The notes: generated from the sequence alone by a model not told the origin. A stretch of DNA of 64,000 nucleotides from Trueperaceae bacterium (GCA_965215565.1 CBDCDZ010000004.1:3872001-3936000), one strand, 5' to 3'. Positions 17,158 through 32,626 are shown, counted from the stretch's first letter. A program made the numbers and translations.

Positions 17158-18609
17158 CTAAAGGGACGGAATCGGCACGTCCGGGTCGAGCGGTTGCGGA
17201 GCGAGGAGCGGCGCGGCTTCGGGTGTTTCTAGAAAGCGCTCCAACGCCCTAAGCGCGTTCGGGTCTACCCCGTCGCCGACGTCTTTATAGAGAATCTCGA
17301 GCGCCACCTCCACGCTCAGCCCGGCGCGGTAGGGGCGAGAGGACGTGAGCGCCTCGAACTGATCGGCGACGGCGAGCAGGCGCACCTCGAAGTCGAGCGT
17401 TCCGGCAGGGACAGCGCGGTAGTAGCCCCGCCCGTCCATGCGTTCGTGGTGCCCGCCTGCGAGCGCGGCGAGTTCTCTAAAGGGCTCGACTCTCGAGAGA
17501 ATCCGCTCACTGTACGCGGGGTGTTTGCGAATCGCGGCGAATTCCTCATTTGTCAAGCGTCCCTTCTTGTCGAGCACCGTGTTGGGCACGCCCAACTTGC
17601 CGATATCGTGCAGCAAAGCTGCGCGTGAGAGCCGCCGCCGCCCCGCCGCAGAAAGCGCCTCTCCACCGCTTAGCTGCGCGGCTGCGCCGAGCGCGAACTG
17701 CCTGACGCGCTCCGAATGTTTGTAAGTCCAGGGAGATTTAGCGTCGATAACCCGCGCGAACGCCTCGGCGACGCGGTCGAGCCCTTCGTCGCTCGCGCTT
17801 AGGCGGCGTTCTACGGGTTCCAAGGCGGCGACGCGCGCCCCCAGCCCCTCTCCAGCGAGCGACTCCCAAAACTTCTCGTCACGTTGAGACTTCTCGAACG
17901 CTGCCGCAACCGCAGGGTCAAACCAACTGCCCGTGCGCTCCCGCACCGCCCGCCGCGCCGCACGGGGACCACCGGCGCGGAAAAAGATTTCGGCGGTCTG
18001 TGCTAAACACAAGATGCGCCCCAACAAGGGAATGTTCTCTCCCGCTATCCCATAAGGGTGCCCTTTACCGTCCCAATACTCATCCAGAGCGCGAATCGCG
18101 GCAGCCGTTCCCTCCGCAAACGCCATCTGCCGGGCGATGTCCGCGCCCCGTTCGCAGCGCACCTGCATCAGCCCTGTATGACCGCCGCCCCGCCCCAAGC
18201 TCACGTCAACGACGTGCTTGAGCCGCCGTTGCAACGGTGCCGCGCTCCCCGCGTTGCCTAAAACGAAGCGCGTGCCCTCTTGCAGTTTGTCCAAGTTGAC
18301 CGTCTTAAAGGCGCATTTGATGCGCCTGTCATCAGCCCCGAAGAGGTGGTGGATTTTAGCGGCGTTGGAGGAGCAACCCAAATCCTTTAGGAGGAGTGCG
18401 TAGTAGAGGTCAGAGAGCCCTTGCGCGTCTAGCCCTAGCGCCCGCCCAATACTCATGCCAATCACACACGTGCGCAAGGCGTGACCCTCGGGTTGCCCCT
18501 CGGTGATGTCTAAAGCGTAGGTCATGGCGGAGACGACTTCGGAGAGCCGGAGCGTCTGCGCTTGCGGATGGTCAGGCTCAGTAGCGGGGTGGATAAGCGC
18601 TGAGTACAT
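17158..18609 (-). CDS. Tandem HD/HD-GYP domain phosphohydrolase
   Basis: N-terminal degenerate domain (LLKDLG, EYWDGKGHP) and C-terminal LHDIGK...HHERMDGRGY...RPYR. Confidence 0.88.
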   Translation of the reverse strand: MYSALIHPATEPDHPQAQTLRLSEVVSAMTYALDITEGQPEGHALRTCVIGMSIGRALGLDAQGLSDLYYALLLKDLGCSSNAAKIHHLFGADDRRIKCAFKTVNLDKLQEGTRFVLGNAGSAAPLQRRLKHVVDVSLGRGGGHTGLMQVRCERGADIARQMAFAEGTAAAIRALDEYWDGKGHPYGIAGENIPLLGRILCLAQTAEIFFRAGGPRAARRAVRERTGSWFDPAVAAAFEKSQRDEKFWESLAGEGLGARVAALEPVERRLSASDEGLDRVAEAFARVIDAKSPWTYKHSERVRQFALGAAAQLSGGEALSAAGRRRLSRAALLHDIGKLGVPNTVLDKKGRLTNEEFAAIRKHPAYSERILSRVEPFRELAALAGGHHERMDGRGYYRAVPAGTLDFEVRLLAVADQFEALTSSRPYRAGLSVEVALEILYKDVGDGVDPNALRALERFLETPEAAPLLAPQPLDPDVPIPSL

Positions 18610-18760
18610 AGGTTTCGGGTTCGCCTCTCGCCAGGTCAGTAGGGTTGCGTGAGCCCAAGAAAAGAACTCGGTAGTCCCTGCGATTATGCGCTGGTAAGAC
18701 TTACAAGATTCTTACAAATTGAGCTGTTGAGGAACCTCTTCGAGCCGAAGATGGACTTTC

Positions 18761-18930
18761 TATGTGACCTCCTTCACTCGTCAGCCAAACTAACGGATAA
18801 CTTAATCTCCCGTGCTAAATTAGGGTGTTTATGCAGGGATTGTCTGCTTTTTGCCGAACGCTATCTCCACCTAAGACAATTCTGCTTCTTTACTTAGTAC
18901 CGAGAGACACCGAATAAGGAAGGTCACATA
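18761..18930 (+). promoter_or_regulatory. Putative secA 5' leader with anti-SD stem
   Basis: TATGTGACCT-CCTT (18761-18774) is complementary to AAGG-A-AGGTCACATA (18916-18930). Confidence 0.55.
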
Positions 18931-18931
18931 C

Positions 18932-21775
<2,844 letters not shown>

Positions 21776-21792
21776 GTTAGAGCAATAACGCT

Positions 21793-21824
21793 AAGAGCCG
21801 CGAAGCTGTCTTCGCGGCTCTTTA
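21793..21824 (+). terminator. Rho-independent terminator of secA
   Basis: AAGAGCCGCGAAG/CTTCGCGGCTCTT stem ending in a T-run. Confidence 0.85.
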
Positions 21825-22055
21825 CTTTCTATAAGCACCGTGCGTCTATTCGTTGACGACGAGCGCGTTGGTCTGTGCGGTATCCGCCCTCATATGTCGC
21901 AAAGCGGATTGTAGTATCCGTAAAGAACGTGATGATGCCACCGTTCTTTGTACTCGTGAGGGTTGAACGTGTAATCCGAGAGTCCACCTTCACGAGATAC
22001 ATTCGCGAGGTGGACTCGAGGGTCTACTCAAGTATCACTCCATGTTCCAAAGAAC

Positions 22056-24104
22056 TCAGCGCAATATTATCGCCTTCAGGTCTTCACCCTGACGCGCCGC
22101 ATCTAATAGCTCGAGGCTGTCAACCGCGTACGCGCCGTCAACGCCCACCGCGAAGCGTAAGGGCTCGCCGATTCCTTGCGCCGCTCCTGTCTGCGGGTTA
22201 CCGAGTTCACCTGCGTCCGACACACCGACGAGCTTATTGTTGCGGAGCGTCACCCCGCCCGCGATGGCGCCATTAAAGAGAGGGCGCGACACGCCGTCCA
22301 TCTCGATGATGTTGTCGGCGAGGGTCACATTCGCGAGGTTGCCGCTAGGGTTGAAGTCGAACATGGGCGTCGTCCGGTCGTTCTGCGTCGGGACGACGTA
22401 TACATGATTATTCTCAAAGTCGAGCCCGTTGACGCTCGAGTCGGACCAGAAGATGCCCCGCCCAGGGTTCAAGATCATGTTCCTGCGAAAGACCATCCCC
22501 TCGGGGTAGGTGGGATACTCATTGCCGAATGTCGAGACTAGGTTGCCCCCGTCCGCCTCCGGGCTGAACGCGAAGATGTTCTCCTCGACGATGAAGTCGT
22601 TGCGCGGTCCCTCGAGCGAATAGCTGTAGAAGAACACGTTGTGGTGCAGATAAAAGCTGTACTCCGCCGTATCGGGGATGACCCCGCCCTCGCCCGCTTT
22701 GGGGAACGAGACGGGAGCATTGAGCACATTGTGATGAATCTCAACCGAGTGGTCGTTTTCGAAGGGCAGCTCGACCGAAAACAGGGGCGTGAGAACTGTG
22801 TTGTAAGCAATTTCGCTGTTGCGCCACTGACGACCTTTGACGCCAAAGGCCCGTTCCTCTCTGTCCTTGTCGCTCTCATCAATGAGGTTGTGCCGTACGA
22901 CGCCACCCTCGACCCAAGTGCCGAATATAGCCCCTGCCCGTCCACCGCCACCCTGCACACCTCCCGCGTCTAAGAAGGTATTGCGCTCTATGAGGACCGC
23001 CTCTACACCCATCAGCCGAATCGCTGACCACCGCGCGCCGTTAAAAGCTGAGTTCGACACGCTCAGGCGCTCGTTCCAGCTCGACACGATCGCGCCTAGC
23101 AGGTTGGGCGCAGAAAAGGCGATACCTTGAAAGGTGACGTCGTCATCTTCGTCTAGGTTAAACAGGTAGCCGGGGCGGTAGAGGCCCTCCGGGTCTACCG
23201 CGCTGTCGTTTAAGTCACCAGGTAGCACGGGGAACCCCGCTCCGGCGGTGACGCTCGTCGCGCTCGCGCCGTCGCCGTAGAGTCCGACGCCCGTGCGAAG
23301 CGAGACACCTTGACCAAGGGCATACTCGCCTGCGGGAAGCCTAATCGCGCCACGGCTGAACTCGCCCGCCGCCACCTTGTCCCCTAGATAATCGACGGCA
23401 GCTTGGAGTTCGGGCGCGAAGTCGTCGTTGCTGCGTTCAGCGTCGCTCAGCGTGCTGGCAACCGCTGGTGGTAGATCGGTGAGAACGATAGACGCCGCAC
23501 CCTCGGGCACGTCCGGCGCGTCACCTGGCTCACTTGGCTCACCGGGCTCGCCTGGGTCCGGCTGGGTTGGCGGCTCGGACTGAGGCTCGAGTTCCAAGTA
23601 GTCGATGTAGAGGTTGCGGTCGCTGCCCGGACCGTCGTAGGCGTCATCCAAGAAAAAGGCTTCGAGGCGCTGACCTTCTTTGAGGTCAAACGTACCCAAG
23701 TCGTCCACGCCGTAGCCCTCGTGCTCGATAGACTTATCCGCTACATCTTCGCCGTCAATGCGCAGGCGCAGTGTAGGATAACCGCCGTATTCGTCCGCTC
23801 TGGCATGGACGAGTACCCTGTAGCGCCCGCTCTGAAGCGCATCTAATTCGAATTGGACCCCTTCGCCACTACAGCGGAGCGCGGCGGCGTCTCCATCTTT
23901 GGCGGCGTCTTCGGAGACCATAGCGCTCTTTCTCGTCTCTTCGGTACCGAAGCCATTCACGATAAACAGGTTCTCGTCGCGGGCGTCGAGGACGAGGGCG
24001 TCCGAGCTTACCGCGTCTTGCAGCGTCGGCGTCGAACTCGAGCAAGCTGCTAGGAGGGCTAAGAGCGCCCCTAGTAGAAGACTCACATTGAAGTTGAATG
24101 TCAT
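22056..24104 (-). CDS. Lipoprotein with carbohydrate-binding module and right-handed beta-helix (pectate-lyase-like) domain
   Basis: Lipobox LAAC; F.DD......DRNLYIDYLEL resembles a Ca-dependent CBM; PGEP linker; D....LQAAVD...IRLPAGEY...LYGDG...T followed by beta-helix-like repeats. Confidence 0.75.
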   Translation of the reverse strand: MTFNFNVSLLLGALLALLAACSSSTPTLQDAVSSDALVLDARDENLFIVNGFGTEETRKSAMVSEDAAKDGDAAALRCSGEGVQFELDALQSGRYRVLVHARADEYGGYPTLRLRIDGEDVADKSIEHEGYGVDDLGTFDLKEGQRLEAFFLDDAYDGPGSDRNLYIDYLELEPQSEPPTQPDPGEPGEPSEPGDAPDVPEGAASIVLTDLPPAVASTLSDAERSNDDFAPELQAAVDYLGDKVAAGEFSRGAIRLPAGEYALGQGVSLRTGVGLYGDGASATSVTAGAGFPVLPGDLNDSAVDPEGLYRPGYLFNLDEDDDVTFQGIAFSAPNLLGAIVSSWNERLSVSNSAFNGARWSAIRLMGVEAVLIERNTFLDAGGVQGGGGRAGAIFGTWVEGGVVRHNLIDESDKDREERAFGVKGRQWRNSEIAYNTVLTPLFSVELPFENDHSVEIHHNVLNAPVSFPKAGEGGVIPDTAEYSFYLHHNVFFYSYSLEGPRNDFIVEENIFAFSPEADGGNLVSTFGNEYPTYPEGMVFRRNMILNPGRGIFWSDSSVNGLDFENNHVYVVPTQNDRTTPMFDFNPSGNLANVTLADNIIEMDGVSRPLFNGAIAGGVTLRNNKLVGVSDAGELGNPQTGAAQGIGEPLRFAVGVDGAYAVDSLELLDAARQGEDLKAIILR

Positions 24105-24281
24105 AGGTAACAGACCTCCTTAGGTCGGGTGGAGCGCCCTTCGCTGCAGAGCTAGAAGGGCAGCCCTCACTATGTCCAGTCTAGTGATTTGCCTACGAAC
24201 CCGCTCAGTTAAGGTGCGTTATGTGCGGTTCTCTCTTCTCGAGATTTTCCGGCGTGTCCAGATATCTTGTACGATGCGTTT

Positions 24282-24392
24282 ATGGACCTCGACCGAGCCA
24301 CCCTCTACCTCGCCAGTTGTAGCGGCGAAGTTTGCACTTGCCCTTCGCAAACGCCCCCGCTCTTCTCCCTTGGTTCCCGCTTCTCGAGGTGA
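24282..24392 (+). CDS. Putative leaderless 36-aa leader peptide upstream of pyrF
   Basis: TACGAT 6 nt before ATG; MDLDRATLYLASCSGEVCTCPSQTPPLFSLGSRFSR; TGA overlaps the pyrF GTG. Confidence 0.45.
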   Translation: MDLDRATLYLASCSGEVCTCPSQTPPLFSLGSRFSR

Positions 24393-25267
24393 CCTTTCCT
24401 GAACGCCTCCACGAGCGCATCCGCCAGACCGACTCGAGGGTCTGTCTAGGCATCGACCCCCGCCCCGAGGCGCATCCTCTGACGCACCCGAGCAGGTTCA
24501 AAAACGATCCCGCCCGAGTCGCCAAAGCTGTCGTCTACTACTTTCAAGCCATAGTTCAAGCGACGGAAGGGTCAGTCGCGTGCTACAAGCTCCAGTCCGC
24601 CTTCTTCGAGGCGTTGGGTATCCCTGGACTCATCAGCATGGCGCAGCTCACCGCGGATATTAAGTCAAGAGGTATTCCGGTCATTTTAGACGCCAAACGC
24701 GGCGACATCGGCTCGACGGCGGAGGCGTACGCGGACGCTTACTTGGGCGACGGGGTGTTCTCTGCGGACGCGCTCACAGTGAATCCTTATTTGGGGATGG
24801 ACAGCTTGGAGCCTTTTTTCACCCGAGCAGCGAGCGAAGAACGTGGGCTCTTCGTTTTAGTCAAAACCTCGAACCCCGGCAGCGCCGACTTTCAGGACAT
24901 TCAAACGGACGACGGGCGCAAACTCTACGAGCGCGTTGCAGACAGCCTCGCGAGCTTGGCAGAGAAACACCTCAGCGGAGGGGCTTTACAGCAGTACGCG
25001 CCGCTCGGCGCAGTCGTCGGGGCGACGCATCCAGATGAGCTTAAAGCGCTTCGCCAGCGTCTGCCGCACAGCGTGTTGCTCGTTCCCGGCTACGGCGCAC
25101 AAGGCGCGTCGGCGGAAGAGGTTGCGGGGGCATTTGACGAAGAGGGGTTGGGGGCGGTGGTCAGCTCGAGCCGCGCCCTGACCTACCTCACGCAAGAGGA
25201 CGACTTTCCGCAGCGGGCGAAAGTTGCTGCCGAGGCGATGAGGGGCGAGATCAACGCGGCACTTTGA
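24389..25267 (+). CDS. pyrF: Orotidine-5'-phosphate decarboxylase (type 2)
   Basis: CLGIDP, LDAKRGDIGST, VNPYLG, VKTSNPGS, GAVVGAT, LVPGYGAQG, SSR; start set at GTG 24389. Confidence 0.95.
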   Translation: MTFPERLHERIRQTDSRVCLGIDPRPEAHPLTHPSRFKNDPARVAKAVVYYFQAIVQATEGSVACYKLQSAFFEALGIPGLISMAQLTADIKSRGIPVILDAKRGDIGSTAEAYADAYLGDGVFSADALTVNPYLGMDSLEPFFTRAASEERGLFVLVKTSNPGSADFQDIQTDDGRKLYERVADSLASLAEKHLSGGALQQYAPLGAVVGATHPDELKALRQRLPHSVLLVPGYGAQGASAEEVAGAFDEEGLGAVVSSSRALTYLTQEDDFPQRAKVAAEAMRGEINAAL

Positions 25268-25277
25268 GGCTAGATGT

Positions 25278-25883
25278 TTAGAGAAAAGCTTTTAGCGCTC
25301 TGCGCACATCACCCGGCGAGTTGATGCGTACCGCTTTCATTCCAGTTGCTTTAGCGGCTGAAACGTTCACCTCGGTATCGTCGAAGAACATGATCTCTCC
25401 AGGGTGAAGTCCTATTTCCGAAACAACGTAAAGAAAAGCGTCCGACTCGGGTTTCCGTTTACCCATCTCGGAGGAGACAAAGATTCGCTCGAACGGTGTG
25501 AGCGCGTCCGCGTAACGCTGAGACCAGAACAATTGATGGGTTGCGTTAGTGTTGCTGAAAGCGTAGAGAGGTAGCTTACCCTCCAACTGACGGATGAGTT
25601 GCACCGTCGGCGCAATTTCACCTAAGAAAATAGCGTTCCAGCCCTCTTCGAACTGTGCGTCTGACATCGCTATTCCTAGCGTCGTGCGGAGCGAAGCGTA
25701 GTACGCCTCCGCATCTATCTCGCCGCGCTCATGCTGTTCGTACGCCTCGCTTAGCGTGAAGCGTGCCCGAAGCGTCTCGAGGTTCGCGCCTGCATGGGCG
25801 CTCCACCGCTCGAGCACCTTGTCGAAACTGACGTCGATGACGACACCACCCAAGTCGAATAGCAAAGCCTTGATTTGGGTCAA
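25278..25883 (-). CDS. HAD family phosphatase (YihX-like)
   Basis: FDLGGV, SNTN, RKPE, FFDD. Confidence 0.9.
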   Translation of the reverse strand: MTQIKALLFDLGGVVIDVSFDKVLERWSAHAGANLETLRARFTLSEAYEQHERGEIDAEAYYASLRTTLGIAMSDAQFEEGWNAIFLGEIAPTVQLIRQLEGKLPLYAFSNTNATHQLFWSQRYADALTPFERIFVSSEMGKRKPESDAFLYVVSEIGLHPGEIMFFDDTEVNVSAAKATGMKAVRINSPGDVRRALKAFL

Positions 25884-25927
25884 ACTAACACCTCTTCCGC
25901 TCGAGACTCTCTCGGTTCAACGCTATA

Positions 25928-26060
25928 TAGCAGGTATCATCTGGTCAGAGACACTCTCACTTTGTGAAACGATGTCTAACACGCACTCTAAGGGATGAGG
26001 TTCCGTTACAGCAAGCTGTGAAATCCGCGTGATTCAAGCTCAGTACTTCTGATAACCGCC
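25928..26060 (+). repeat. Dispersed repeat family A, copy 7
   Basis: Consensus start; contains insert GTTCCGTTACAGCAAGCTGTG. Confidence 0.85.
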
Positions 26061-26081
26061 GCATCTCCCCGAGGAGCGTCT

Positions 26082-28058
26082 TCACAATTCGCCTTCAGTA
26101 ACCGCGTCAAAAGCACGCCCCAGCCGCCCCGAGAGCGAGCGCACGTAGCTCGCGCTCAAGTGGTTGTAGTCTCTGAACAAGATGCGCGCCTCGGTCTGCA
26201 CGTCGCACGCGCCGTCGGGACAGATAACGTCCGTAAAGTCGAGCAGGTGAACGTCGTCAAACCCACTCGCAGCTTCCTGTTGCGCCTCAAATACCTCCGT
26301 ACTTTTCCAGTTGCGCGCGGGGAAGTTGCACGAGCGTTGCCCCGCGCTGAGCCCGAGCTTGCGTCGCCACGCCTCTCGAGAGAGGCACGCTGGAACGTCA
26401 TGTTCGGGTAGAGGTGAGTCTCGTATGACCACGACGTTTTCAGCGACAGTTGCCAAGTCCGCAAAAACCGCCTCACTGCCAACACGCCAGTCTCGCGGGC
26501 CAAGGACACCGTAGTGGCTAAAGGACGACATCACAACGAGGTCAGGGCGGACCTCTCGCAGCTCGTCAAGCACCGCTTCGCGCCACTCGTCGCACTCGGC
26601 GTAATCGCGCCCCAAACTTGGCGCGAAGAGCGTGACGTCGATGCCCGGACACCCAACCTTTAAGAAGTAGAGCAGCCGCCAACCGCGCTGCGCCGCGACC
26701 TCTCGCACGGCCGGTGCCCACTGCGCGGCGTGGCTGTCGCCGTAGAGCGCCACGGTGAAGGGCGCGTCAGTGGGTCCGTCGCTGCAGCCTGCTAAGTGGG
26801 TCTCGAGCCGCCGGACGGTGCAGCGCGAGTTGGACACGCTAGGCTTGTCCTCACGCGCCGCTATAAACCGCGCCTGCTCGGGGCTGCGCGACTGCGCCGC
26901 CGCTACGCTCCACCACGCCGCGCTCAGACCGAGTGAGCAGAGGGCGAGCGCGCCCATGAGCGCCGCGCCGCGCGCCGTGCGTCCTAACGCGCGGCTGCGG
27001 CGCACCGGGTTTTCGGCGAAGCGGTACGACAGCGCCGCCGCGCCGAGCGAGAGGGCGAGGACGATGAGCCTCTGCGGGAGCGTGACGTCCTCGTCTAATT
27101 CCCTTACGAATACCAACGCGGGCCAGTGCCAGAGGTACCACGAGTAGGAGAGCCGCCCCAAGAGACGCAGGGGACGCCAGGAGAGAATCCTAACGAGCCA
27201 TCCCTTCTCGGTACCAGCGAGCAAGATAAAAACCGTACCGAGCACGGGCAAGAGCGTTAACCAGCCCGGAAAGGGCGTACGGGCTGTGTAGAGACCTCCT
27301 GCGAGGATGACGGCAGCGAGTCCGAGCCAACCCAACCCCTGTATGAGGCTGCGCCTCCGCTGTAAGCTGACTGGAACGAGCACCCCGAGCCCGCCGAGCG
27401 CGAACTCCCACACCCGCGTAGGCGACGAGAAAAACGCCCAGTGCGTCTGACCCACCTGAGTGAGCAGCAGCGTGAGCGCAAAGAAAGCCGCCGCCGCGAC
27501 GAGCATCCCCCATATGAGACGCTGGCGGTTCAGCGCTGGCGGGCGTTGCCGCTTGCGACTAAACCCTACTAGCAGTACCAAAACGAGCGCGGGCCAGAGC
27601 AGGTAAAACTGCTCCTCGACGGAGAGTGACCACATGTGGAGTAGGGGGTTCGTCTCCGCGTCCGCTGCTAGGTAGTCCGTCGCCCGCAAGCCGAAGAGGA
27701 TGTTCGACACGTAAGCCGCCGACGCGAGCGCCGTTTTCGCTAGGTCTGTCTGCTCTAAAGGCGCGTAGAAAAAGAAGCCGAACGCGCTCACACAAGCGAG
27801 CAGCAGCGCCGCCGCTGGCAGCAAGCGGCGGGCGCGGCGGACATAGAACCGGAAGAGGTTGAGCTTGCCCGTCTCTATAATCTCGCTGACTAAGATATCC
27901 GTAATGAGGTAGCCGGAGAGGACGAAGAACACGTCCACGCCGACGTAACCGCCGGAGAAACCCGGCACCTCTGCGTGGTAGAGCGCCACGAGCAAAATCG
28001 CGAGCCCGCGCAGCCCTTCGATGTCAGTGCGCCAAGGACGTGTAGGCGGTGGATGCAA
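26082..28058 (-). CDS. Acyltransferase-3 fused to an SGNH domain (OafA/OatA-like O-acetyltransferase)
   Basis: DIEGLRGLA, GVDVFFVLSGYLI, HMWSLSVEEQFY, SYSWYLWHWP, GDSHA, DYNH. Confidence 0.93.
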   Translation of the reverse strand: MHPPPTRPWRTDIEGLRGLAILLVALYHAEVPGFSGGYVGVDVFFVLSGYLITDILVSEIIETGKLNLFRFYVRRARRLLPAAALLLACVSAFGFFFYAPLEQTDLAKTALASAAYVSNILFGLRATDYLAADAETNPLLHMWSLSVEEQFYLLWPALVLVLLVGFSRKRQRPPALNRQRLIWGMLVAAAAFFALTLLLTQVGQTHWAFFSSPTRVWEFALGGLGVLVPVSLQRRRSLIQGLGWLGLAAVILAGGLYTARTPFPGWLTLLPVLGTVFILLAGTEKGWLVRILSWRPLRLLGRLSYSWYLWHWPALVFVRELDEDVTLPQRLIVLALSLGAAALSYRFAENPVRRSRALGRTARGAALMGALALCSLGLSAAWWSVAAAQSRSPEQARFIAAREDKPSVSNSRCTVRRLETHLAGCSDGPTDAPFTVALYGDSHAAQWAPAVREVAAQRGWRLLYFLKVGCPGIDVTLFAPSLGRDYAECDEWREAVLDELREVRPDLVVMSSFSHYGVLGPRDWRVGSEAVFADLATVAENVVVIRDSPLPEHDVPACLSREAWRRKLGLSAGQRSCNFPARNWKSTEVFEAQQEAASGFDDVHLLDFTDVICPDGACDVQTEARILFRDYNHLSASYVRSLSGRLGRAFDAVTEGEL

Positions 28059-28107
28059 AGTGCGGCGTCCTTTCGAGTGGATTGACGCTTAGAGCGCCCG
28101 AGCTATA

Positions 28108-28217
28108 TAGCAATTAACATAAATACTGATTAGAATAGCGCAAATATCATTCTCAAATGTGCGTGCTATACGGTGTTCTACATTGTGAGAGTGTCCCAAA
28201 CCAAATGATACTTGCTA
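28108..28217 (-). repeat. Dispersed repeat family A, copy 8 (divergent subtype)
   Basis: Minus strand TAGCAAGTATCATTTGG...ACACTCTCAC...AGCACGCAC...AATGATATTTGC...TTGCTA. Confidence 0.8.
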
Positions 28218-28338
28218 TACATCTATCCTGACACGAGATGAGCGCCGTGACTGAAAGGTGAGAAGAGGTGCGCACGAACCCTTGCAAACCCCCAAGCAAG
28301 TATGTTTTACTTTCCGTACCACTTTATAAGAGGTGGAA

Positions 28339-28459
28339 CTTATCCAGAGCAACCGAGGGACTTGGCCCTGTGACGTTGCAGCAACCAGCTTTCATATAAG
28401 CGGGTGCTTCTTCCAGCTCGAGACGCGAACTACGATAGCTCAGGCTCGAGAGAGATAAG
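28339..28459 (+). ncRNA. SAM-I riboswitch (S-box) aptamer
   Basis: CTTATCCAGAG...GAGGGACTTGGCCCTGTGA...GCAACC...GGTGC...TCC...GATAAG, upstream of methionine genes. Confidence 0.93.
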
Positions 28460-28514
28460 GAGACAGACGTTGAAATCCATTTTCATACAATTTTATTCTG
28501 TACGAATGTTTAGG

Positions 28515-28568
28515 GCAGTTTAGCGACTAGGCGGATTCACTTTACGCTTAGAGTTAGGCTGCTTTTTT
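28515..28568 (+). terminator. Probable riboswitch-controlled terminator
   Basis: GCAGTTTAGC.CTAGGCG / CGCTTAG.GTTAGGCTGC stem with G-U pairs, followed by TTTTTT. Confidence 0.6.
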
Positions 28569-28759
28569 CCTGTAAGCAACTCAGCATCGTTCATCCAGCT
28601 TGACTGGACTGCAGCACAGGTCAAGGCTGAAGTCCTCAGCATTTTCAATGCTAACCTGTGTCAGCATTTCAGGAAAAACAAAAACCTGCTACAGAGTTTG
28701 CGGAACGAAACAGACCGAAGTGTTAGTAGGCTGATTAGCTTTTCTTACGCTACAACTGA

Positions 28760-31400
<2,641 letters not shown>

Positions 31401-31404
<4 letters not shown>

Positions 31405-32579
31405 GCCGCACATTGGTTCACGAAACCTGGGGCGACCACGCGGCGCTCTTAGCCCGGACGCAGATGGGCGCGGGGGGTGTGGGCACGGTCACGCCGCAAG
31501 TCGTGGACGTGGCGACGCCCGGTAAGCCGCTCGTGCTCGAGTACGGCGGCACCTTGAAGCACGTCGCTGTCACCTTTGAGACGTACGGCGAGCTTAACGC
31601 CGCAGGCGACAACGCCATCCTCATTTGCCACGCGCTCACGGGCTCGGCGCACGCGGCGGGCGTGCAAACACAGGAGCGGCGGGCGCAAGTCCCCGGCTGG
31701 TGGGACCCCTTGATCGGACCCGGCAAGCCGATCGACACATCTGAGCACTTCGTGGTCTGCTCGAACGTCTTAGGCGGCTGCTACGGCACGACGGGACCGA
31801 GCAGCTTAGACCCCGAGACGGGGCATCCTTACCGCCTGGATTTTCCGCGCTACACCGTGCGCGACATGGTGGAGGTGCAGAGGCGTCTCATGGACGCGCT
31901 GGGTGTCACGTCGCTTAGAGCGGTCATCGGCGGCAGCATGGGCGGGATGCAGACCTTGGAGTGGGCGGCGCTCTACCCCGAGCGGGTGAGGAGCATCGTC
32001 CCTATCGGCATCGGCGCGCGGCACTCGGCGTGGGCGATAGGCTTAAACGAGGTGGCGCGGCGCTCTATCACGAGCGACGCGGCGTGGCGCGGCGGCAGCT
32101 ATCCGCTGGGCGAGCAGCCGGAGACGGGGCTCGGCTTGGCGCGGGCGGTGGCGATGCTCTCCTACCGTTCGGTGGACTCGCTGGACGCCAAGTTCGGGCG
32201 GGAGCGCGTCTCTCACTCGCGCGACCTCTTGAGCAAGTCCTTCGAGATCGAGTCGTACCTCGACTATCAGGGGGTTAAACTCGTGCAGCGTTTCGACGCG
32301 AACACGTACCTCTACCTCACCAAAGCGATGGACGACTACGACCTCTCCGAGAAACGCGGGCGGCTCTCACACGTCCTTAAAAAGATGACCATGCCCGCGC
32401 TCGTCATGGGTATTAACAGCGACGTGCTCTACCCGGAAAGGGAGCAGCGGCAACTCATAGAGGGCTTGCCGAACGCGCTTTACGCCCGCATCACCTCGCC
32501 GCACGGTCACGACGCTTTTTTGATCGAATTTCCGCAGCTCGCGGTGCGGCTCAGACGTTTTCTAGCTGAGAGCGTTTAG
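31401..32579 (+). CDS. metX: Homoserine O-acetyltransferase
   Basis: ICHALTG, GWWD.LIGPGK, GGSMGG, RFDAN.Y, SD.LYP, HGHDAFL. Confidence 0.95.
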
Positions 32580-32610
32580 CGTTTGAATAAGGGCGAAAAC
32601 ACGCGCCAAA

Positions 32611-32626
32611 TGTGAACTTTCTAACA
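32611..32626. promoter_or_regulatory. Candidate CRP/DdrI-type binding site
   Basis: TGTGA-ACTTTC-TAACA preceded by AAA; 9/10 match to TGTGA-N6-TCACA. Confidence 0.35.
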
